A DNA stretch of 64,000 nucleotides from a virus (taxonomy: Duplodnaviria > Caudoviricetes): IMG/VR virus record IMGVR_UViG_3300001598_000036, positions 1 through 64,000 of that record. The stretch is one strand, 5' to 3'. Every line of letters starts with the position of its first letter. The stretch's first letter is position 1. Both the position numbers and the translations under genes were made by a program. Shown piece by piece: positions 1 through 7,804 of the stretch. The notes below the pieces were generated by a model, which was not told the DNA's origin, made no database searches, and saw only the letters and a list, made by a program, of their open reading frames with translations.

Positions 1-170
1 ATATGGAAAAAATTCCCAGCTTTTCCAGCTCCTTCCAAATTTGGTAAAATTTTCCAGAGTTTCCAGCTCCTGCCAGAAATGGAAAAAATTTCCAGCTCTC
101 CCAAAACTTTCCAAAACTGGAAAAAATTTCCAGTACTGTCAGAAATTTCCATATATGGAAAAAATTTCCA
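1..170. repeat. 38-bp-period tandem repeat built on the palindrome TTTCCA-N4-TGGAAA
   Basis: Palindrome variants start at 32, 70, 108 and 146 (exact 38-bp period). A fifth right half-site is at 5-9, so the array continues past the window edge. Confidence 0.8.
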
Positions 171-395
171 ATCCATCGTATATCGGCGATAGGCGATGCC
201 GCCGGGCCGACAACTTTAACGCATTAGAACTTTAACGCACTAAAGCGCCCGCGCCGGCGCGACAACTTTAATACTTTAATGTAGTAAAGTGAAACGCCCG
301 GCCACTATACTTTAGTACTTTACTAGACTAAAGCGAAGGATCCGGCTCGCGTACTTTAGTACTTTAACGCACTAAAGTCTATAGACCGGCGCCCG

Positions 396-409
396 CGAAC
401 ATATGTTCG
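396..409. promoter_or_regulatory. LexA (SOS/Cheo) box
   Basis: CGAACATATGTTCG matches the Firmicutes consensus CGAACRNRYGTTCG. Confidence 0.75.
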
Positions 410-457
410 CCTGACCAAATAAAAAAGAGAACAAACTTTCGTTTGTTCTCCGTTGGA

Positions 458-685
458 CTACTTGGTAAATTCTACCACTTTGAGTCCATCTTTGAAGAAG
501 TAGGCAACTGTTCTTGCCTTCTCAATGTCATCAAGTGTGATAACTTCGCCTGTTGTACTGTCCATTACAGTATCAACTCCTGCGGAATGCATTTTCAGTA
601 CAAGCACTGTCAAGTCTGTATAGACTTCGTGCGTTGCGTCTGAATTAGTGATAACTCTTGAAGCGTTAATTTTTTCTACTCTCAT
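458..685 (-). CDS. hypothetical early protein
   Basis: ORF with AGAGAGG RBS and a downstream terminator hairpin (425-450). Confidence 0.75.
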   Translation of the reverse strand: MRVEKINASRVITNSDATHEVYTDLTVLVLKMHSAGVDTVMDSTTGEVITLDDIEKARTVAYFFKDGLKVVEFTK

Positions 686-739
686 ATTATTACCTCTCTT
701 TCTTTTATCTGTATATATAGTATCATATTGCGAGTACCA

Positions 740-1090
740 TTAAAGGTACTCAGCAAATGAAACTGTATATTCTTTTCTAACTTTGAAAGTGAATTCTTTT
801 GGAAGTTCATCACATAAGAATCTGTCATTTCTAACATACTTTCCTATGTTCATTTCTTTCAACATTTCTCTTACTTCATCTTCAATTCTTAATGTTGTGT
901 ACTTTGAAAGTGGAATTGCGAACACATAATTAAATTTTGTTGTACCTATTGGATAATTTGGTGTGTTCAAATATTTTTTATTATGTTCCTTTTTTCTTCT
1001 TTCTAAATTGTTTGTTGTTCCAATTTTTACTACGAATCTTCCCAAACATTCACGATACCAACCTACATAGAAATATTCTTTTGCTTTCAT
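740..1090 (-). CDS. GIY-YIG/T5orf172-like protein
   Basis: YFYVG...VKIGTTNNLERRKKEHN...E motif pattern. Confidence 0.55.
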   Translation of the reverse strand: MKAKEYFYVGWYRECLGRFVVKIGTTNNLERRKKEHNKKYLNTPNYPIGTTKFNYVFAIPLSKYTTLRIEDEVREMLKEMNIGKYVRNDRFLCDELPKEFTFKVRKEYTVSFAEYL

Positions 1091-1128
1091 TTTTCTGTCC
1101 TTTCTTTCTTTAACTTAACTTATAACTA

Positions 1129-1158
1129 ATTATACACCCAACGGAATATCTCTGTCAA
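1129..1158 (-). promoter_or_regulatory. sigma70/sigmaA-type early promoter
   Basis: TTGACA-18-TATAAT on the minus strand. Confidence 0.8.
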
Positions 1159-1318
1159 TATTTTTTTTGAAAAAAACATAAGAAAAACAATTCTTTAATG
1201 CTTTAACGCAATAAAGCGCGCCACCGGACGATCCACTTTCGTACTTTAATGCATTGAAGTGCGACCGCCGGCCCGCGCACTTTAACGCAGTAAAGCGTTG
1301 AAGCGACAAGGGCGGCCG

Positions 1319-1332
1319 CGAACATATGTTCG
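1319..1332. promoter_or_regulatory. LexA (SOS/Cheo) box
   Basis: CGAACATATGTTCG, perfect consensus. Confidence 0.75.
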
Positions 1333-1373
1333 ACCAAGAAGAGCGAGGAGAACAATCGTTCTCCTCTGTATAT

Positions 1374-1730
1374 TTATTCATTCTTATGAATATTTTTTTC
1401 TTTCTCTCTCCTTTCTTTATCTTTGGCAATTTTTGCCATTTTTTTCTCTTTGGCAATTTTTGCCTTTTCTTCTTTTTCTTTACACTTCATAGAATATTCT
1501 TCTGCAAGTGCATAAGCATCATAAGGCTCTGTACCTTTGTTACTTCCTGTTGGAATGGAAATCTTTACCACTACGAAATCTTCGTTTCCCTCTCTGTCAA
1601 GAATTGGAAATGCAATTTCGTTTGACTTAACACGAAGAACATCATCTTCAGTGTTGGAAAGAAATTCCATAAACTTGGAAACATATTCCATTTTAACTTC
1701 TTCTCTTAATGCTTTTCTTGATACTGTCAT
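1374..1730 (-). CDS. hypothetical early protein with Lys/Glu-rich C-terminus
   Basis: ORF with RBS, an upstream TTGATT-17-TACAAT promoter and a downstream hairpin. Confidence 0.75.
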   Translation of the reverse strand: MTVSRKALREEVKMEYVSKFMEFLSNTEDDVLRVKSNEIAFPILDREGNEDFVVVKISIPTGSNKGTEPYDAYALAEEYSMKCKEKEEKAKIAKEKKMAKIAKDKERREKEKNIHKNE

Positions 1731-1816
1731 AATTTGTACCTTTTTTAACCTTTCTTTTTTTCTTTATTGTAGCATATATTTATTAACTAATCAAGCATTA
1801 GTTTGCTTTCTTTTGA

Positions 1817-1927
1817 TTACTTTTTTGCTAAAGTTTCCTGCGACTTTAACCATAACAATGACTTGAAAAACTGTTTATTATTGGTAGTATATATCTTTCC
1901 TTTGTACTCAATTACGAACATAATCAT
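1817..1927 (-). CDS. small hypothetical protein (36 aa)
   Basis: MIMFVIEYKGK...LAKK* with the same AGAGAGGTA RBS as neighbouring genes. Confidence 0.55.
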   Translation of the reverse strand: MIMFVIEYKGKIYTTNNKQFFKSLLWLKSQETLAKK

Positions 1928-2133
1928 TACCTCTCTTTCCTTTTCTGTACCTATATAATAACAAGTCTACTGTCCTATTAAACGGACTCTGCGGCGACCA
2001 TCAAAAATTTTTTGAAACTTTAACGCTTTAACGTACTAAAGCGCGGCCGACGCATAAACTTTAACGCTTTAGTGTGTTGAAGCGGAACGACCGGCCGCGC
2101 CACTTTAGTACGTTAAAGCGTGAAAGTGTAAAA

Positions 2134-2149
2134 TGTTTCACGTGAAACA
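2134..2149. promoter_or_regulatory. parS site (ParB/Spo0J binding)
   Basis: TGTTTCACGTGAAACA, the perfect 16-bp parS consensus. Confidence 0.8.
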
Positions 2150-2203
2150 TTAACGAACGACTACCAATTTTTGGTAGTCGTTCTATAAGAAAGAAAGAAA
2201 AGG

Positions 2204-2713
2204 TTAATTTCCATTTTTTTCCTTTGATTCTATTGCATAATACTTGATGGAAAAATTATCCAAAATTGAAGTTATCATTTCTGATTCTTTCTTATCGTTG
2301 GAAAATATTTGAAGTGTGTATAATTCATTTTCTACAACAACATTATATACTAACTTTACATTTGCATTTTTAAGAAGTGCAACAACATTTTCCATTTTTT
2401 TACTATTTACTTTTGCAGTAGCATTATATATCCATAATCTATCTTTTTGCATTTTTTCCTCAATAAACTTAATTGAGAAAACACCAACGAAGTTGACAAA
2501 TGCTACTGCAAAACATTTGGTAATAAGTGGTAAATCGCAAGTTGCTGTCAATACAATGATTACTGTATAAAAGCCAAAACAAATTGCATTTGTTATACTT
2601 GCTAACCATTTGCCACCTTTAATAGTAACTAATGATTTAACAGTATTTAACAGTACATTTACGAAATTAACTCCCATAAAAATCCAAAACATTGAAGTGG
2701 TAAAAATTGTCAT
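2204..2713 (-). CDS. membrane protein, DUF5698/UPF0316-like
   Basis: Three hydrophobic N-terminal segments followed by a soluble C-terminal domain. Confidence 0.55.
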   Translation of the reverse strand: MTIFTTSMFWIFMGVNFVNVLLNTVKSLVTIKGGKWLASITNAICFGFYTVIIVLTATCDLPLITKCFAVAFVNFVGVFSIKFIEEKMQKDRLWIYNATAKVNSKKMENVVALLKNANVKLVYNVVVENELYTLQIFSNDKKESEMITSILDNFSIKYYAIESKEKNGN

Positions 2714-3001
2714 AAGTCTTAATCCTCTCTTTCTTATTTTCTATATATAGTATAAACTATATACTGTCCTATAAAACGGACTCAACAATTATTTTTTTCT
2801 TTTTCTTTCTTATCTCTGTATATAGAATACACTATTTTTAATAATAAGTCAAGTTCTTTTTTTCGTACAATCCTTTGACGCTTTAATTCGTTAAAGCGCG
2901 GCGGCCGGGCAGTACACTTTAACGCTTTAGCAGAATGAAGTATGCGGCCGGACCATTCACTTTAGTACTTTAACGTGTTGAAGCGGAAGGACCGGCGGCC
3001 G

Positions 3002-3015
3002 CGAACGTATGTTCG
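3002..3015. promoter_or_regulatory. LexA (SOS/Cheo) box
   Basis: CGAACGTATGTTCG matches the consensus. Confidence 0.75.
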
Positions 3016-3023
3016 TCTACGAA

Positions 3024-3039
3024 TGTTTCACGTGAAACA
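3024..3039. promoter_or_regulatory. parS site
   Basis: TGTTTCACGTGAAACA, perfect consensus. Confidence 0.8.
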
Positions 3040-3055
3040 TTTTCGTTGTGACACT

Positions 3056-3694
3056 TTACCAAAGTAAAGTGTCACAATTTCCATTTTCTGCCAAGCAAGA
3101 AAGTAAAATCTGATACTCAATCTCGCAATCTTCTAAAGCAGTATGACTTTCTATAAAATCATTGTTAAAAAGATAACGATATACTATTTCGGCAGTATGT
3201 CTACATTTACCATATTTTGTAAGATAGTCATTATCTATACAAAACTGTTTGTAGTCATCATTACTCTTAAAAGTATCTCTTGCAAGTTTTAATATATCGT
3301 GGAACTGTGTTCCATACTTAAAGAAATATCTATATTTTGAATCTGTGATATATCTCTGTGTAGTACCTAAAGCAAAAGCATCAAATCTACAATTAAAAGC
3401 AAATACTTTTGTTATATTATACTGTTCCATAACATCACGAAGAATAAATTTGATAGTATTAAAACTTCTTAACTTTCTACTACCATTTTTTATATCTTCC
3501 CAATACATAGGAATCTTTTCGGCAAAATAAGCATTTGCCATCATATCTTCCCAAAGAAAAATATCCTTTACTGTAAATGAATCTTTGTGGAAAATGTTTC
3601 CATTAAAATCTGCTACAAGATAACCTATATCATATACAAGTGCATCATCTAAAGTGTTTGTTGTTTCTGTGTCAATTACTAAAATCTTTTCCAT
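3056..3694 (-). CDS. DEDDh 3'-5' exonuclease
   Basis: ExoI VIDTETT, ExoII FNCRFD, ExoIII HTALEDC. Confidence 0.85.
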   Translation of the reverse strand: MEKILVIDTETTNTLDDALVYDIGYLVADFNGNIFHKDSFTVKDIFLWEDMMANAYFAEKIPMYWEDIKNGSRKLRSFNTIKFILRDVMEQYNITKVFAFNCRFDAFALGTTQRYITDSKYRYFFKYGTQFHDILKLARDTFKSNDDYKQFCIDNDYLTKYGKCRHTAEIVYRYLFNNDFIESHTALEDCEIEYQILLSCLAENGNCDTLLW

Positions 3695-3738
3695 AATTTT
3701 CCTACTTTCTTTTTTTAACTTTCTTTAACTTATAATTA

Positions 3739-3768
3739 ATTATACACCTAAATCATATTTATTGTCAA
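3739..3768 (-). promoter_or_regulatory. sigma70-type early promoter
   Basis: TTGACA-18-TATAAT. Confidence 0.8.
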
Positions 3769-3972
3769 GCATTATTTTATAAATAATTATGTTTTTTTAC
3801 AAATACAATCCTTTCTTACTTTAACGTAGTGAAGCGGCTGCACCGGACGTAAGACTTTAACACTTTAATGTAGTAAAGCGCCCAGTCCGGCGGCGCCACT
3901 TTAGCCAATTAAAGTGTTAAAGCGTGAAAGCAAAAGAAAAGAGATGGAAGATACTTCCATCTCTCTATGCAA

Positions 3973-4317
3973 CTACTGTGCCAACTTGTAAGCCTTGAGT
4001 GTACCCTTTGACTTAACCTTGACATCAGCGACAGTCAAGATTCCATTATCTACCAACTGTCTACAAAGTGCAGTACACTTCTGTGTTGAAATCTCAACAC
4101 TTTCGGCAATAGCCTTGCAAAGAGTCAAGTCTTTGCCTTCAAGGAACTTTACAATATTTTCCTTGATTGGCTCATTCTCAAGAGCCTTCTTTGAGATTGA
4201 ATTCTTTCTTCTCTCGTTACGAGCATTCAACTTTTCAATCTCGTGCTTGGCAAATTCTACCATTTCTTCGTTTTCAACATTTGCGATAACCATTTCCATA
4301 AATTCTCTGTTAGTCAT
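3973..4317 (-). CDS. winged helix-turn-helix DNA-binding protein
   Basis: Start at MTNREF after an AAGGTA RBS. C-terminal IAESVEISTQKCTALCRQLVDNGIL fits a wHTH pattern. Confidence 0.6.
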   Translation of the reverse strand: MTNREFMEMVIANVENEEMVEFAKHEIEKLNARNERRKNSISKKALENEPIKENIVKFLEGKDLTLCKAIAESVEISTQKCTALCRQLVDNGILTVADVKVKSKGTLKAYKLAQ

Positions 4318-4371
4318 TTTAATTACCTTTCTTTGAGTCTTACTCAACTAACCTTGTTTAACTTATAATTT

Positions 4372-4400
4372 ATTATAGCATTTAATCTCTAATCTGTCAA
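4372..4400 (-). promoter_or_regulatory. sigma70-type early promoter
   Basis: TTGACA-17-TATAAT with TGn extended -10. Confidence 0.85.
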
Positions 4401-4422
4401 CCCCCTTTTAAACTTTTTTTAA

Positions 4423-4515
4423 TTATTTTTCAAATAACCAATAGCCACAAAGAATAGCAATTCCAAGATATGCCAATATTGACGCTGTTCTAATAATGAT
4501 TGTAAGTACTAACAT
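4423..4515 (-). CDS. small membrane peptide (30 aa)
   Basis: MLVLTIIIRTASILAYLGIAILCGYWLFEK, with an AAGGAG RBS and its own TTGACA-17-TAATAT promoter (4549-4577). Confidence 0.55.
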   Translation of the reverse strand: MLVLTIIIRTASILAYLGIAILCGYWLFEK

Positions 4516-4739
4516 TTGATTTTCTCCTTTCTGTCTTTCTGTAATTATATATTAACACAACTGAAACCCTATGTCAACAACTATTTGAATAAAAACATAA
4601 GAAATACAATCCTTTCGCACTTTAGCACGCTAAAGCGCGGGCGCCGGATCGTCTACTTCACTACACTAAAGCGTTGAAGCGGCGCGGCCGGCGCCAAGAC
4701 TTTAACACAGTAAAGCACTAAAGTCTAACCACCGGCCGC

Positions 4740-4770
4740 CCACTACATATAGTGGTACTATATGTAGTGG
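4740..4770. promoter_or_regulatory. two adjacent NrdR-box-like sites
   Basis: CCACTACATATAGTGG and GTACTATATGTAGTGG fit acaCwAtATaTwGtg. Together they form an inverted repeat without a U-tract. Confidence 0.5.
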
Positions 4771-4776
4771 TTAGTC

Positions 4777-5223
4777 TTATGCGTTAAGCACTCTCAATAT
4801 CTCAATGATGTTATCAACATCGTATGCAGTACCTAACCAATTATCTCTATTTGGCTTTTCATCATCAAACAGAATTCCGTTTGGCTCATTGACAACACTT
4901 GCCTTTGGTGTACCATACTCTACAATATGTATTTCATCAAACTGTACACTTGCAAGATGTCTGTTAAGCCAACCTCTCTTTGCGTTGGTTACTCTCATAC
5001 CATATTCATCTGTACCATTCTTTGCTAACCAACTAACAATTCCGATTGTATAACCTTTAGTTTGTAATCTGTTAAGAAGTCTTGCAAGGTTAGACATTCT
5101 AACCATTGTCTTTGCTTGTTCGTATGGTCTTGTATTCTCGTTGATGATATCATCAAGCCAAGTTTCAATTCCGTAAAGGTTTGCGATTGTTCCGTCCATA
5201 TCGAAGTAGATTGCTTTAGTCAT
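4777..5223 (-). CDS. HAD-superfamily phosphatase (5'(3')-nucleotidase-like)
   Basis: Motif I FDMDGT, motif II S, K and motif IV LFDD. Confidence 0.75.
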   Translation of the reverse strand: MTKAIYFDMDGTIANLYGIETWLDDIINENTRPYEQAKTMVRMSNLARLLNRLQTKGYTIGIVSWLAKNGTDEYGMRVTNAKRGWLNRHLASVQFDEIHIVEYGTPKASVVNEPNGILFDDEKPNRDNWLGTAYDVDNIIEILRVLNA

Positions 5224-5468
5224 TTTGAGTTACCTCTCTTTCTTTCTTTCTATAATGAGTATAGCACATAATAGAATTGATTGCAACCCTTTTTTGAATA
5301 AAAACATAAGAAATACAATCCTTCTCCACTTCACCGTAGTGAAGCGGCGCGACCGAACCAACCACTCTATCCCTTTAACATACTAAAGCATACGGCGCGA
5401 AGACTTTAATACTTTACTACATTAAAGCGTTGAAGCGGACATACGGCGCAAATGAAAAAGAATGTTAG

Positions 5469-5633
5469 TTAGACTAACATTCCTCTCTGTTCGCATTCTT
5501 CTTTAACTGCAACGAAGTAAGCATATTTATTCTTTTCGCCAATAAAGATTTCTTTTCCGAACTCATTATTATAAATGTTCTTTAACTGTTTAAGTGTCAT
5601 CTTCCATAATTTCTGTGTAGTGTAAGTCTTCAT
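5469..5633 (-). CDS. small hypothetical protein (54 aa)
   Basis: MKTYTTQKLWK...GMLV* with RBS and a TTGACA-17-TAATAT promoter (5667-5695). Confidence 0.65.
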   Translation of the reverse strand: MKTYTTQKLWKMTLKQLKNIYNNEFGKEIFIGEKNKYAYFVAVKEECEQRGMLV

Positions 5634-6058
5634 TATATATTACCTCTCTTTCCTTTCTGTAATTATATATTACCATAGACGGCGCGAAGTGTCAATATAT
5701 AATTAAAGAAAAACATAAGAAATACAATTCTTTTTTACTTTAACGCGTTGAAGCGGGCTATTATATAACACTATACCACATAGAAAAATCGCGTCCTATA
5801 ATATTATATTAGGCGCGTGAAAAATTTTTCCCTATATATAAATAAGAGCCACTTCATCTTGATGAAGCGGCTCGTCGTTGAAGCGGCGCCGAGGTCTGAG
5901 GTCGCGCCGAGGTCAGAGGTCCGGGGTTATTTCAGGAATTTGCTTTAACGCTTTAGCGCGTGAAATTGCCGCTGCAAACAACGGACCACGAACTAAATTT
6001 TTGAAATTAGTATTTAATTTTTTGACTTATATATAGAATATTTTTAGGAGGTACTATT

Positions 6059-7732
6059 ATGTCTGAATATCCAACTTCATATAATCCACCTTCCAAAGGA
6101 GACGTCTTAAGCACTCCATACGTAGCTATTAAAGGAGGAATATATGATGATTTAAAAGTAAATTTATTATCTATTTCCTCTGGTAATGAGGGATACGCTA
6201 TAAATGAAGCTGGCGCAAAAGTAGAAGGATTAATTGCCCCATTATTACAATTATTAACTTCTACTATGAATTCAGAAAAAGCTAAAGAAGATAATTTTTT
6301 ACAACACTTTAGCGCAACTATGCCAGATTCTCAATTAAAAAATCAAGTATTAGATTTTATTGATAATGGTAAATTTTCTTTAGCATATGATGCAATACAG
6401 CATTGAAAAGATGGATTATATAATGCTTTAGATAGTTATGAAACAAATATAGATAATTATAACAAATGAGTTCAAAAATATAGAAATAAAGTAGTAAATC
6501 AAGCCATAGAAGATTTACAAGATTATGGTGCGGCCGCGCTAACAAATATTAGTTTAGATACTCCATTAAGTGCTATTCCAGATTTAATTATTAATCGAAT
6601 GGCACAGAATAGTAGTTTAAGTAATAATGAAATACAACAATATACTGAAATATTACAGAAAGCGCTCGGAGATTTGAGTAGTAATTTTACTACTGGGCAA
6701 TGAAATATTCCTTCGGTTGATACTACTTTAAGAGATATACAAACTATGATAGATGAAGGAAAAGCTAATAGTAATATTAAGGGAAAGTTTAAAAATGAAC
6801 TATGAAAATCAGGAGTAAAATCAGGTTACAATAAAAAAGATCGTAGTATCATGGACGCTTGTTTAAGCTATATTTCTGGTTTTACCAATGGATTAACAAT
6901 GGAAGTATTCCTAGAAATATTTGGCGGCGGTGAATCTTCTGGTAGATTTATGACTGAAATTAAATCTTTAACTGGAAAAAATAATTCTATCGGCGCCATG
7001 GAAACTGACGTATTTTCTATATACAATGCTTCTTTTAATTATATTATTCCACAATTTAACACTTTAGAAAATAATACAGAAGAAGATATTAGAAATAAAT
7101 TAAATGAAATTGTTCCCGATGATGGGTTTATAATACATTATTCTGTAAAAGACTATACTGACGGTAAAATTAAAATTAAAGGTAGTGGTAATTTTGATGT
7201 TAGATTGGAAAATATTCAAACTTTGAATAAAGTAGTAGGGATAAAAGAGATTGAACAATTAATTTTTGCAATTGCAAATGGTGCATCTGATATGGTTATG
7301 GGAGGAAATGCTGAAGAAATAAAAGGATGTATAAGTGCTATGTGTTATGCTTATATGTTTGAAGATATGGATAATTTTGTAAGTATTGAAGTAGATCCTC
7401 CAAAAGTTTCTCAAACTGGTCCTACTCATTTACATATTTATTTTGTTAATGGGCATTATATTACAGCATCTGATCTATTAAGAAAAACTATTGATACAAT
7501 TAAAGAAAGTTTACTTAAATTTCGTAATAAGAAAAAATGAGAAGGAGGTTTAGTATCTTCTCCTTCTTTAACTTTACCTCCAGAAGGAATTTATACTTCT
7601 GTTACTAATCAAGGTAAACATCATGGATTAGATAAATGAGAAGCTGTTAGACAAATAAGTTTATCAAAAGGTAAATTTGATGTGCATTTAAGTTTTTCAA
7701 AGTTAAATGAAATAATTACTATTAAGTACTAG
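6059..7732 (+). CDS. hypothetical protein, 557 aa (TGA=Trp)
   Basis: AGGAGG RBS. A single frame broken only by TGA codons and ending at TAG. Confidence 0.75.
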
Positions 7733-7742
7733 TTGTAAAAAT

Positions 7743-7771
7743 TTGACATTTTCCCCAAAATCGCGTATACT
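7743..7771 (+). promoter_or_regulatory. sigma70-type promoter
   Basis: TTGACA-17-TATACT. Confidence 0.8.
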
Positions 7772-7804
7772 ATATATATCAGATACAGGAGGAAACAAAA
7801 CTAA

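Larger units (their letters stand above)
200..5970. repeat. Array of intergenic blocks containing CTTYA-N6-TRAAG palindromes
   Basis: 24 sites starting at 230, 274, 318, 362, 1201, 1244, 1280, 2026, 2067, 2103, 2881, 2925, 2968, 3819, 3863, 3899, 4620, 4656, 4700, 5329, 5373, 5412, 5738 and 5852, separated by GC-rich linkers. Confidence 0.9.

Noticed and set aside
1-170. CodY or Noc binding sites
   Set aside because: Too many mismatches to AATTTTCWGAAAATT or the Noc consensus.
41-235. 64-aa ORF in the track
   Set aside because: Translation of the tandem repeat; no RBS.
1130-1866. Overlapping ORFs 1130-1456, 1298-1492, 1326-1625 and 1537-1866
   Set aside because: Shadow frames across repeat blocks or antisense to the real genes.
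200-5970. CRISPR or mini-CRISPR array
   Set aside because: Repeats are degenerate 16-bp palindromes with variable centres, the linkers resemble each other, blocks alternate with genes, and no cas genes are present.
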